From an uncultured Desulfarculus sp. (lineage in GTDB: Bacteria; Desulfobacterota; Desulfarculia; Desulfarculales; Desulfarculaceae): 64,000 bases of DNA. Below the pieces are notes generated by a model. It was not told the origin of the DNA. It searched no databases and was given only the letters and a program-made list of their open reading frames with translations. Both the position numbers and the translations under genes were made by a program. Positions within the stretch are counted from its first letter, which is position 1. The number at the start of each line of letters is the position of its first letter. The stretch covers positions 1,152,001-1,216,000 of the forward strand of contig CAXXUK010000002.1 in the NCBI GenBank assembly GCA_963665125.2, read 5' to 3'. Below, piece after piece: positions 49,813 through 59,228 of this stretch.

Positions 49813-51343
49813 TGCCCGTCTCCTGTTCACTTGTCGCGGCCAGGGCCGCCGCCGCCTGTTCGCGGTCGTCAAAGTGCCGTTTTTCCCGGCCGATGATCTG
49901 GTAGTCCTCGTGGCCCTTGCCCGCTATGAGTATGGTGTCCGCGGGGCCCGCGGATGCCACGGCCATGGCGATGGCGCCTGCCCGGTCCGGTTCCACGATA
50001 TAGGCCGGTCCGTTGGCGACGGGGTTGTCGGTGCGGCGGGCGCCGCTCTGGGCCAGGCCCTCCTCGACCATGGCGATGATATCCAGCGGGTCCTCTGTGC
50101 GCGGGTTGTCGCTGGTCAAAACGCTCAGGTCGGCCGCTTCGCCGCTGGCCAGGCCCATCAGGGGTCGCTTGCCCTTGTCGCGGTCGCCTCCCGCGCCGAA
50201 AACGCAGATCAAACGTCCAGCCGTCAGGGGACGCAGGACCTCCAAGGCCCCGGCCACGGCGTCCGGCGTGTGGGCGTAATCAACAAAAACGGCCGGGCAG
50301 CCGCGCGGGCCCATTACCCGCTCCAGGCGGCCGGGCACTTCGGGCATGCCGTCAAGGCCTTGCTTGATTTCATCCGGTTCCAGGTTCAGAGCCAGGCCCA
50401 CGGCCGCCGCGCCTACCAGGTTTTGCAGGTTGAAGCGGCCGACCATTGCCGAATGCAGAGGGATGCGGCCTTGGCCGTGCACCACCTCAAGCTTGATTCC
50501 GTGGACGCTGATTTCTATTTGGTCCGCCGTAATGTCGGCGTCCGATTCGATTCCATAAGTAATGGTGGCCAGGCCAAGCCCCCTGGCCTCGTCGGCCAGA
50601 TCGCGGCCCCTGTCCGTATCAACGCAGATTACGGCCTTGGGGTCTTTGCCCGCCTGGCGGGCCTCGGGCAACAGCTTGTTGAACAGCAGGCGCTTGGCCC
50701 GGAAATAATCTTCCATGTCGCCGTGGTAATCCAGATGGTCACGGCTGAGGTTGGTGAACACGCCCACGTCCAGGTGGCAGAAGTCGGCCCGGTGTTGATC
50801 CAGGGCGTGGGAACTGATCTCCATGGACACGGCCTCGGCACCGGCGGTGCGCATTTCGGCCAGAACTTCCTGAAGGGTGACGGGGTCGGGCGTGGTCATG
50901 TCGGCCGGGCGGCGGCCTCCGGGATGGCTGATTTCCACGGTGCCCATCATTCCAGTAGCCCAGCGCTGGTCCAAAATCGCCCGGACCATGTGGCAAACGG
51001 TGGTCTTGCCGTTGGTGCCCGTAAGGCCTACCATGACCATCTTTTCGCTGGGCCTGCCGTAAAACTCGGCGGCCAGCCCGGCCAAAGCCCGGCGGGAGTC
51101 GCCAACCACCAACTGGCAGACATCGGCGTCAACAGGCTCCTGGACCAGGCAGACAGGCGAACCGGACCGGGCCGCCGCACCGACGAATCTATGTCCGTCG
51201 GTGGCCGTTCCCCGGATGGCGGCGAACAGCGCACCGGGGCCGGCCTGACGGGAGTCGCAGGTCACGGCCGTAATCTCGCAGTTGGGCAGTTCACCCAACA
51301 CGAGCTTTGGTTCGATTATCCGGATAAGACGCTCAGTGTTCAT
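49799..51343 (-). CDS. murE: UDP-MurNAc-dipeptide--meso-DAP ligase
   Basis: TGTNGKTT, MEISSH, DHLDYHG, DYAHTPD, DNPR (DAP-specific), AGKGHE. Confidence 0.96.
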   Translation of the reverse strand: MNTERLIRIIEPKLVLGELPNCEITAVTCDSRQAGPGALFAAIRGTATDGHRFVGAAARSGSPVCLVQEPVDADVCQLVVGDSRRALAGLAAEFYGRPSEKMVMVGLTGTNGKTTVCHMVRAILDQRWATGMMGTVEISHPGGRRPADMTTPDPVTLQEVLAEMRTAGAEAVSMEISSHALDQHRADFCHLDVGVFTNLSRDHLDYHGDMEDYFRAKRLLFNKLLPEARQAGKDPKAVICVDTDRGRDLADEARGLGLATITYGIESDADITADQIEISVHGIKLEVVHGQGRIPLHSAMVGRFNLQNLVGAAAVGLALNLEPDEIKQGLDGMPEVPGRLERVMGPRGCPAVFVDYAHTPDAVAGALEVLRPLTAGRLICVFGAGGDRDKGKRPLMGLASGEAADLSVLTSDNPRTEDPLDIIAMVEEGLAQSGARRTDNPVANGPAYIVEPDRAGAIAMAVASAGPADTILIAGKGHEDYQIIGREKRHFDDREQAAAALAATSEQETGSGLV

Positions 51344-53325
51344 CAGGCGCCTCCATGGGCCGGGGACAGCCTCACCGAAAGGCCGGAGCCGGGCAGCTTG
51401 CCGCCGGGCAGTGGCTGCTGCCAGACCACGCGGCCCCAGCCCTGAGTCTTGATCTTGATGCCGCCGTCGGCGGAAAGGCGCATTATCTGGCGCAGGGTCA
51501 GACCCTTGAGATCAGGCGTCAGGCCCTGGTCGGCCGAGGCCTTGGCCTGGCTGAAGTCGGCTTTGGCCGGCGCCGACGTGGCGGTATTTTCCGCTTCACG
51601 GGCGGCCATCCGCACGGCCGGGCTCTGGAATTCGTGGACGCCCAGTTCGCGCAGGGCCACGCGGGATATTTCGGCAAAGGCCGGACCGGCCACCACGCCG
51701 CCGTAGTGCTGCCTGTATGGCGTGTCGATGAGCACCAGGGTGACGATCTTGGGGTCGTCGGCGGGCACGAAGCCGATGAAGCTGCTCATATATTCATCGT
51801 GGGAATAGCCCTTGCCCGGTTCGACCTTTTGGGCCGTGCCGGTCTTGCCGGCCACGGGCAGGGAGCCGATCCTGGCCAGGGTGCCGGTGCCGCCCTCGGC
51901 CGTGACGGCCTGGAGCATATCCACCAGAATCCGGGCCTCCCGGGCGCTCATGACCCGGCGCACCGCTTCGGGCTCGTTTTCCCGAACCACCCTGGACTGG
52001 GAATCCAACACTGCCTTGACCATGTGGGGCCGCATCATCACGCCGCCGTTGGCCACCGCGGCCACGGCCTGGACCAGCTGCAGCGGCGTGACCGAGACGC
52101 CCTGGCCAAAGGCGATGTTGGCCATCTCCACGGGCCGCCAGCTCTCGGGCGCCCGCAGGATGCCCCTTGCCTCGCCGGGCAGGTCCACGCCGGTGCGGCT
52201 GCCGAAGCCGAAGATGGTCAGGGCGTTGTAAAGGACCTGGGGCCCCATGGCCTGGGCCACCTTGGCCGCTCCGATGTTGGACGAGTATTTGACTATCTCG
52301 GCCAGGGTCAGTTCGTCGTATTCGTGAGTGTCGTGAATCGTGCGGCCGCCCAAACGCCAAGACCCGTGTTCGCAGTCGAACTTCTGATCCAGGCTAACCT
52401 TGTGGCTGGCCAGGGCCGCCGCGGCCACGAATACCTTGAAGGTGGAGCCCGGCTCGTACATATCGGTCACGGCGCGGTTGCGGTAGGTGTTGCGCTTTGA
52501 TTTGCCGAATACATTGGGGTTGAATGTCGGCAGCGAGGCCATGGCCAGGATCTCGCCGGTCTGGGGCGACATGACGATGACCTGGCCCGCCTTGGCCTTG
52601 TACTTTTCAACCGTGTTGGCCAGGGCCTTTTCCGCGGCGTACTGGATGTGCTTGTCCAGGGTCAGGATGATGTGGTTGCCTTCGGTCAGGCTGGTTTCCA
52701 CTTCGCCGGTCATCTGGATGCGCCTGCCCAGGGCGTCGCGGTAGGTGGTCAGCCGCTGGCCTTCGCCGCGCAGCAGCTTGTCCTGGCCGCGCTCGAGGCC
52801 CTCGAGGCCCTTGGCGTCCAGACCGGCAAACCCCAGTACATGGCAGGCCAGGCCGCCGTTGGGGTAAAAGCGGCGGGGTTCGTGGATCAGGCCCACGCCC
52901 TTGATTTTCAATTCGTTGATCTGCTCGGCTTTTTCAGGGTCGATACGCCGCTTGAGCCACACGAACGAGCGCTTGTCGGTCAGCATGCGCTGAAGCGCGC
53001 GGCGGCTTTCGCCGAGGGGCTTGGCCAGGGCGGCGGCGGCCTGAGCCGGGTTTTTCACGGCCTTGGGATGGGCATAGACGCTGACGGTGTCCAGACTGAC
53101 GGCCAACTCCTCGTGGTTGCGGTCGAAGATGATGCCCCGGCGTGGCGGCACCTCGATTAAAAGACTTATTTCACCGTCAGCTATGGAGCTGAGTTTTTCC
53201 TGTTCGAAAACCTGCAGCCACACTGCGCGGGCGCACAGAGCCGCGAACACCAGACCAAAGGTCACGGCGATGATGACTGCCCTGACACGCAGCCAGCGGG
53301 TGAAATCTGTGGCCTTCTTGCTCAT
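51343..53325 (-). CDS. ftsI: Penicillin-binding protein FtsI (PBP3) with PASTA-like C-terminus
   Basis: RGIIFDRN, EPGSTFK (SxxK), SSN, KTGT. Confidence 0.94.
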   Translation of the reverse strand: MSKKATDFTRWLRVRAVIIAVTFGLVFAALCARAVWLQVFEQEKLSSIADGEISLLIEVPPRRGIIFDRNHEELAVSLDTVSVYAHPKAVKNPAQAAAALAKPLGESRRALQRMLTDKRSFVWLKRRIDPEKAEQINELKIKGVGLIHEPRRFYPNGGLACHVLGFAGLDAKGLEGLERGQDKLLRGEGQRLTTYRDALGRRIQMTGEVETSLTEGNHIILTLDKHIQYAAEKALANTVEKYKAKAGQVIVMSPQTGEILAMASLPTFNPNVFGKSKRNTYRNRAVTDMYEPGSTFKVFVAAAALASHKVSLDQKFDCEHGSWRLGGRTIHDTHEYDELTLAEIVKYSSNIGAAKVAQAMGPQVLYNALTIFGFGSRTGVDLPGEARGILRAPESWRPVEMANIAFGQGVSVTPLQLVQAVAAVANGGVMMRPHMVKAVLDSQSRVVRENEPEAVRRVMSAREARILVDMLQAVTAEGGTGTLARIGSLPVAGKTGTAQKVEPGKGYSHDEYMSSFIGFVPADDPKIVTLVLIDTPYRQHYGGVVAGPAFAEISRVALRELGVHEFQSPAVRMAAREAENTATSAPAKADFSQAKASADQGLTPDLKGLTLRQIMRLSADGGIKIKTQGWGRVVWQQPLPGGKLPGSGLSVRLSPAHGGA

Positions 53326-53633
53326 TGAGCCCTTCTGGTCCTGTCAGGTCCCGGAATGATCATGCCCTCCCGGAGAGCCGCCTGCTCCAGCCTCTGGGGC
53401 GAGCGCAGGTTGTTGATCTCCACCTGAAGGCGGCGGCTTGTCTCCCGCAACTGGCGCTGCAATTCGAGCGCTTTGCTGATGCGGTACGAAGCCTGAAGCG
53501 ACCTTTCGGTGGCATAGGCGTAAAAAAGTGCCGAACCCGTGAAAAGCGCCAAAAGCACCAGGCCGGGAATCAGCATGCCTGATCTGAGGCCGGCGCCGGA
53601 GCGCACATTGTTGCGTCGTAATGTAACGGTCAA
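53322..53633 (-). CDS. ftsL: Cell division protein FtsL-like
   Basis: Transmembrane segment plus coiled coil, LRSPQRLEQ, located between rsmH and ftsI. Confidence 0.8.
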   Translation of the reverse strand: MTVTLRRNNVRSGAGLRSGMLIPGLVLLALFTGSALFYAYATERSLQASYRISKALELQRQLRETSRRLQVEINNLRSPQRLEQAALREGMIIPGPDRTRRAQ

Positions 53634-54577
53634 AACGCTTCCTCCGTCCGAATGGCGCTTCTCAGCCTTGCCGAGCGGGCGCGGGGATTTTGTCTGACTT
53701 CCTCTTCCGAGGCCGTTACCGGCTTTTTACGGCCGATTTTTACGATGGGCTTTTTGCCGCAAACACATACCGGCAGATCCGGCGGGCAGGTGCAGGGATC
53801 GGCCAGGCGGCGCAGGGTGTCCTTGACCCTGCGGTCTTCCAGCGAATGGTAGCTGATGACGGCCAGGACGCCTCCGGGCGAGAGCCAGGCCGGAACCTGC
53901 TGTAAGAACCGGTCCAGCTGGCCCAGTTCGTCGTTGACTGCGATGCGCAGGGCTTGGAAGACCCTGGTGGCCGGATGGGTCCGGGCCGTGCGGCGCCAAG
54001 CGGCCGGCGTGGCTTTTTCGATTATCATGGCCAGCCGTTCCGTGGTCGTTATGGGCTCGGATACCCTGGCGGATGTGATGGCCTCGGCATAGCGGCCGGC
54101 CATGGGCTCCTCGCCCAGGCGCCGGAAAATCTCGGCCAACTCCCCCGTGGAGAGTGTGGCCACCAGATCCGCCGCGCTGGTCTGGCCATGGCCCATGCGC
54201 ATATCCAGGGGGCCCTCTTTCATGAAGGAAAAGCCTCTGGCTGCTTGATCCAACTGCATGGAGCTGACTCCAAGGTCCAGCAAAATGCCGTCCGCCGTTT
54301 TTTTGCCAATGGCCGCCAACTGGCTGCCGATACAATCGAAAGTGGCTTCGGCCGCGATAAATCTCTGGCCGAAGCGCTTGAGTCTTTGTTGGGCTAGTTC
54401 CAGAGCGCCGGGGTCGCGATCCAGGCCCAGAAGGAGGCCGTCCGGGGAACTTGCCTCCAATATTGCTTCAGAGTGGCCGCCCGCGCCCAGGGTACCGTCC
54501 ACATAAACTCCGCCTGACCTCGGGTCGATGAGCGATAACGCCTCGGCCAGAAGCACCGGCCGGTGCGCCTGGGTCAT
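53630..54577 (-). CDS. rsmH: 16S rRNA m4C1402 methyltransferase
   Basis: HRPVL, DGTLGAGGHS, DLGVSSMQLD, ISYHSLEDR, NPRARSARLR. Confidence 0.97.
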   Translation of the reverse strand: MTQAHRPVLLAEALSLIDPRSGGVYVDGTLGAGGHSEAILEASSPDGLLLGLDRDPGALELAQQRLKRFGQRFIAAEATFDCIGSQLAAIGKKTADGILLDLGVSSMQLDQAARGFSFMKEGPLDMRMGHGQTSAADLVATLSTGELAEIFRRLGEEPMAGRYAEAITSARVSEPITTTERLAMIIEKATPAAWRRTARTHPATRVFQALRIAVNDELGQLDRFLQQVPAWLSPGGVLAVISYHSLEDRRVKDTLRRLADPCTCPPDLPVCVCGKKPIVKIGRKKPVTASEEEVRQNPRARSARLRSAIRTEEAF

Positions 54578-54578
54578 C

Positions 54579-55022
54579 CTAGACCCCCAATTCCGCCATG
54601 CGGGCGCCTATGTTGGTGCCGGAAATGCGGTTTTCCTCTTCCTCCCAACGCTCTTCGTTCCATATTTCGAAGTATTTCTGCGCACCGACCAACACGGCCT
54701 TGCCGTCCAGGGCGGCTTTTTGGCGCAGACGCGGGGGGATGAGGACGCGGCCTTGTTTGTCCAGGGTGCATTCCGTGGCGTTTCCGAAAAAGCGCCGCTT
54801 GATGGTCTGGACGTCTTCGTTGAGCTCGGGCAGGTTGGCGATTTTGTCCGCCAGCGAGCGCCAGTCCTCAACCGGGTAGCAGACCAGATAATGGTCGGAA
54901 TTGGGCAACGTGGTAACGACCAGTTTGTCGTCGCGCTTGGCTTTTAATACATCGCGGAAGCCGGCCGGGATGGCCAGGCGCCCTTTGACGTCCAAGCTAT
55001 GTGTTGACGACCCGGTAAACAC
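54579..55022 (-). CDS. mraZ: Transcriptional regulator MraZ
   Basis: Two DxKGR/DKQGR..IP repeats; first gene of the dcw cluster. Confidence 0.95.
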   Translation of the reverse strand: MFTGSSTHSLDVKGRLAIPAGFRDVLKAKRDDKLVVTTLPNSDHYLVCYPVEDWRSLADKIANLPELNEDVQTIKRRFFGNATECTLDKQGRVLIPPRLRQKAALDGKAVLVGAQKYFEIWNEERWEEEENRISGTNIGARMAELGV

Positions 55023-55040
55023 GTTGTGTTTTCTCCTCGT

Positions 55041-55106
55041 TCACCCACTTTGACCCACAATCCACCACCGGATCCCACTATAGATGTTGTGGGAGGCGCA
55101 TGTCAA
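55041..55106 (-). promoter_or_regulatory. dcw promoter with MraZ-box array
   Basis: Minus strand TTGACA (55106-55101)-18 nt-TATAGT (55082-55077), followed by four GTGG repeats at 10-nt period (TAGTGGGATC CGGTGGTGGA TTGTGGGTCA AAGTGGGTGA). Confidence 0.8.
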
Positions 55107-55357
55107 TAAAAAAACTCGATATTTTTGTAATCTAAAGGCAGTGTCCCTGACGTTTCACTTCTGTGATTTGAGGCGTGGGAATATATACCACTTTTTAGAG
55201 GAAAATATCACAACTAACGCAAATAACACGTAAAATAATTAGGGACGGAGAAATAGACCATTTTTGCGGCTAAAGACGCCACTGTGAATGTGGCGTTAGG
55301 GTGGCGGAATGTGGGGAACTTGGCTATGTGTCTTTTAAAAATCTACTTCTTGGGCGG

Positions 55358-55387
55358 TTGACTCGTTGAATGCGGTGGTGCTATGCT
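55358..55387 (+). promoter_or_regulatory. Putative sigma-70 promoter for the HU gene
   Basis: TTGACT-18 nt-TATGCT with extended -10 TG. Confidence 0.5.
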
Positions 55388-55574
55388 CAATTTCGACTCG
55401 CGCACATGTTCGGTTCCAACTGCTCCCCTATAGTGTATGACGGGCAAGGCACATCGGGGTGGGGCACACATGAAAATCTTGAACACTGCGCAAGGTGGTC
55501 GAGGGTAGCTCCCGATACAGAGGCGAGACCCTGAAATCTGTTAATTCTTTAGACACCCTTTTTAAGGAGGAGGC

Positions 55575-55862
55575 ATGGCTGGGAAACCACTGACCAAGGC
55601 GGACATGATCGACAAGATCGCCAGCAAGGCCGATATTTCTAAACGAGCTGCCAAGGATGCATTGGAAGCGTTTGTCGAAGTTTGCCGTGACGAGGTCAAG
55701 GCTGGCAATCCGTTCCGAGTGGCCGGATTGGGCACTTTCAGCCTCAAGGAGTCCGCACCGCGCAAGGGAGTCAATCCTGCAACTCGGCAACCGATTGAAA
55801 TTGAGTCCAAAAAGCGCATGGCATTCAAGATGAGTTCTCAAGTTCGGGATTCACTCAACTAG
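55575..55862 (+). CDS. hup: HU/IHF-family DNA-binding protein
   Basis: LTKADMIDKIA, GLGTF, RKGVNPAT; strong AAGGAGG ribosome-binding site. Confidence 0.9.
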   Translation: MAGKPLTKADMIDKIASKADISKRAAKDALEAFVEVCRDEVKAGNPFRVAGLGTFSLKESAPRKGVNPATRQPIEIESKKRMAFKMSSQVRDSLN

Positions 55863-55961
55863 AACAAGTCCACCTGCGAGTCCGCTCATTGGGTGACTCC
55901 CATCGGCCAAGCCTCTATCGGGTTCCTGTCACTCGTTTCCCAATGAGGCGCAAGCTATACC

Positions 55962-55994
55962 AAAAGCACCCCGGCTACGGCCGGGGTGTTTATT
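55962..55994 (+). terminator. Rho-independent terminator
   Basis: GCACCCCGGC-TACG-GCCGGGGTGT followed by TTATT. Confidence 0.75.
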
Positions 55995-56183
55995 ATGGTA
56001 TTTCAACATGCCGGAATAAAAGTTATTTTTGCCTAGCGTAGAAAAGGTGTGGTAACCTATTTCTTACGGGTTTTCGTCTGCGTCGATAGTTTTATCCGCG
56101 ACGATTTTATCCAGTGATCATATGTTTTTCACGCTCTAGTTTCCCTGTGCAACCGCCCTATTGCACGGAGGAGGTGTCTCAGC

Positions 56184-58547
56184 ATGGCCGCACATGACGA
56201 AGTTATAGGCTCTCTCCTTGATGAAATGGCATCCGAGGTAATGGTCCTGGAGGCCGGAGACTTGATGGCCTATGGTGAGTTGTTGTCACATCTCGAGAGG
56301 TTGTTGATCGTCTGCGAAGGGGCTGGTCCTGCGACTCTGACTCAACTGGTAAACGCGCTTAAGTTCCATATGGAAGGCATGATTCTGGGTGAAGTCGATG
56401 ACCAGGAGCAAGGTCTGGAACTGACCCGGCAGGGTGTTCAACTGGCCCAGGATGTGATGCGGGAAGAGGCCGGACAGCCGGAGTTGGAAAAGTTGCTGAG
56501 CAATCCGGGCATGGCCGCCAGGGCTCTGGCCGCCATCGAGCAGACGCCGGACCAAGCAGGAGCCGGGGAAGATGTTCCGGCGCCTGAAGCGGACCAGGGC
56601 GAGGACGGGATGGAAATGGGCGAACTGCCCGATGACGCAGTGCCCGACCTGGAACCGGCCGCCGAGCCCGAGGCCGAAATCATCAGCGATGAGGACATGG
56701 AGCTGCTTTCCGGGTTTGTGGTTGAGGCCCTGGAACATCTTGAGTCCATTGAAGTCAACGCCCTGGTTTTGGAAGATTCGCCCCAGGACGCCGAGGCCCT
56801 AAATGCGGTATTCCGGCCGTTCCACACGATCAAGGGCGTAAGCGGCTTCTTGAATCTCAAGGACATCAACCACCTGGCCCACTCGCTGGAAAACCTCCTG
56901 GATAAAGCCAGGGCCCATGAGCTGATTATCGACAGCATTTCCATTGATATCATTTTGAGTGGTGTCGATGTCTTGCATCAGATGATCGAGGAATCCCAAG
57001 CGGCCGCCAACGAACGGCGCCCCAGGGCAACATTCGACACCGCTGAGTTGGAGGCAAGGATCGAGGCCGTGCTCAGCGGAGAACAGGCTCCCGCGTCCGA
57101 GGAGCACGATGAGCCCGAACCGCCCGAACAGGCCACCGGGCCCGACGAGGCTGATGAATTTGAGGAGCCCGAGGTTGAGCCCATGAAACTGGGCGAGGTC
57201 TTGGTGGGCAAGCGCATGGTCTCGGCCGAGGACATGGACAAGGCCCTGGAGGCTCAAAGGGCCTCAAAGCCGCCCAAGCAACTCGGCGAAATCCTGGTTT
57301 CCGAGGGCAAGGCCAAGCCGGAACAGGTTGCCGAAGGTCTGCGCACCCAAAAGGTCATGGCTCAGGCCGTGGGAGCCCCGGCGGCACAGGAAGTAAAGAT
57401 AGACACGGTCAAACTCGACAACCTGCTTGATATGGTCGGCGAATTGGTCATTGCCCAGTCCATGGTTCAGGCCAATCCCAATGTCCAGGCCATTGGCGAC
57501 CGCAAACTGCGCACCGATCTGGGCCAATTGAAACGCATAACCAGCGACCTGCAAAAATCAACCATGAGCATGCGCATGGTGCCCATCCGCCAGACATTCC
57601 AGAAAATGTCCAGGGTAGTACGCGATACGGCCAAAAAGGCCAAGAAAAAGGTCCGTCTGGAACTGGTCAACGAAGACACCGAGATCGACCGCAATATGGT
57701 CGAGAAGTTTTATGATCCGTTGATGCACATGGTGCGCAACTCAGTGGACCACGGTTGCGAAGGACCTGAGGACAGGATTGCCGCAGGCAAACCCGAAGAA
57801 GGTCTGGTGACCCTCAGCGCCTACCACAAGGGCGGCAGTGTATGCATCGAAATCAAGGACGACGGCCGGGGGCTGCACCGGGAAAAAATCGTTAAAAAGG
57901 GCATTGAGCGCGGTTTGATCGAATCAGACCAGGACATGACCGACCAGGAAGTGTTCAGCCTGATCATGAAAGCCGGATTTTCCACGGCCGAGCAAGTCAC
58001 CGACATATCCGGCCGCGGCGTGGGCATGGACGTGGTGCAGCGCACCATTGATGAACTGCGCGGCCGCATTGAAATCACTTCAAACCTTGGCGAAGGCACG
58101 ACATTCACCATCGCCCTGCCGTTGACTTTGGCCATCATCGACGGTATGGTCGTCCAGTTGGGAACGGAACGATTCATCCTGCCGACCATTGGCGTGATCG
58201 AGTCCCTGCGCCCCAGCCGCGAAGATTACACCACGGTTCAGGGCCGGGGCGAAATGATCATGATTCGCGGCAGCCTCCTGCCCCTTGTAAGACTGCACCA
58301 AATCGTCTGCATTGAGCCCGAACATCACGAACCCTGGGAAGGATTGGTCGTTGTCGTGGAACATCACGGCCACAGGCGCTGTCTTCTGGTGGATCAGTTG
58401 ATCGGCAGGCAGGAAGTGGTTATCAAGACCTTGGGCGAAAGCCTCAAGGACGTCAAGGTCGCCGCCGGCGGAGCCATCATGGGCGACGGCAAGGTGAGCC
58501 TCATTCTGGATGTGGAAGGCCTTTTTAAAAGTCACGAAGGCCGGTAG
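56184..58547 (+). CDS. cheA: Chemotaxis histidine kinase CheA
   Basis: Hpt FRPFHTIKG, LDNLLDMVGELVI, HMVRNSVDHG, GFSTAEQVTDISGRGVGMDVV, C-terminal CheW domain. Confidence 0.96.
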   Translation: MAAHDEVIGSLLDEMASEVMVLEAGDLMAYGELLSHLERLLIVCEGAGPATLTQLVNALKFHMEGMILGEVDDQEQGLELTRQGVQLAQDVMREEAGQPELEKLLSNPGMAARALAAIEQTPDQAGAGEDVPAPEADQGEDGMEMGELPDDAVPDLEPAAEPEAEIISDEDMELLSGFVVEALEHLESIEVNALVLEDSPQDAEALNAVFRPFHTIKGVSGFLNLKDINHLAHSLENLLDKARAHELIIDSISIDIILSGVDVLHQMIEESQAAANERRPRATFDTAELEARIEAVLSGEQAPASEEHDEPEPPEQATGPDEADEFEEPEVEPMKLGEVLVGKRMVSAEDMDKALEAQRASKPPKQLGEILVSEGKAKPEQVAEGLRTQKVMAQAVGAPAAQEVKIDTVKLDNLLDMVGELVIAQSMVQANPNVQAIGDRKLRTDLGQLKRITSDLQKSTMSMRMVPIRQTFQKMSRVVRDTAKKAKKKVRLELVNEDTEIDRNMVEKFYDPLMHMVRNSVDHGCEGPEDRIAAGKPEEGLVTLSAYHKGGSVCIEIKDDGRGLHREKIVKKGIERGLIESDQDMTDQEVFSLIMKAGFSTAEQVTDISGRGVGMDVVQRTIDELRGRIEITSNLGEGTTFTIALPLTLAIIDGMVVQLGTERFILPTIGVIESLRPSREDYTTVQGRGEMIMIRGSLLPLVRLHQIVCIEPEHHEPWEGLVVVVEHHGHRRCLLVDQLIGRQEVVIKTLGESLKDVKVAAGGAIMGDGKVSLILDVEGLFKSHEGR

Positions 58548-58583
58548 GGCTGGATCAGGGATGAGTCGCGGAGGGCAATTGGA

Positions 58584-59102
58584 ATGAATGTGCAAGCCAA
58601 TAAGGACGCACACAACAAAGCGGTGGCTGAACGAAGAAATCACCTGGTTAACCTGGTCGGCAAGTATCTTACCTTTATGCTCGCCGACGAGGAATATGCC
58701 GTTCAGATTTTCAAGGTGAAAGAAATCATTGGATTAATAGATATTACTCCCGTGCCCCAGACCGCCGATTTCATGCTGGGCGTGATTAATTTGAGGGGCA
58801 AAGTTATTCCCATTGTGGATTTGCGTTTGCGCTTTGGCCTGGATTACCGGGAGCATGACGAAAGGACCTGCATAATCGTCATGGAGATCCTTGGCACCGA
58901 TGGCACCTGGGCCTTGATGGGTATTTTGGTTGACAGTGTCAGCGAAGTAATAAACGTTGCGTTGGATGATTTGGAGCCGTCGCCGTCTTTTGGCGTGGAC
59001 CTTGACATCTCCTACATTTTGGGTATCGCCAAGGTTGGCGGCAACGTAAAAATAATACTTGATATCGATAAGGTGTTATGCGAACAGCAACTGGTGGTAT
59101 AA
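58584..59102 (+). CDS. cheW: Chemotaxis coupling protein CheW
   Basis: YLTF.L..EEY, GVINLRGKVIPIVDLR. Confidence 0.95.
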   Translation: MNVQANKDAHNKAVAERRNHLVNLVGKYLTFMLADEEYAVQIFKVKEIIGLIDITPVPQTADFMLGVINLRGKVIPIVDLRLRFGLDYREHDERTCIIVMEILGTDGTWALMGILVDSVSEVINVALDDLEPSPSFGVDLDISYILGIAKVGGNVKIILDIDKVLCEQQLVV

Positions 59103-59228
59103 TTTTTTGAAGGTCAATAATTTATTTTTTTGGTAATCCTGCGCCAGCTATTAGACTTTGTGTAATCAGGCATTGGACGTCAGGCGCGTTCCCAGAATCA
59201 AACTGAAACTTCAGGCGGAGTTGCGGTT

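Noticed and set aside
56063..56089. Possible sigma-28 promoter upstream of cheA (GTCGATAG)
   Set aside because: The -35 element is a poor match.
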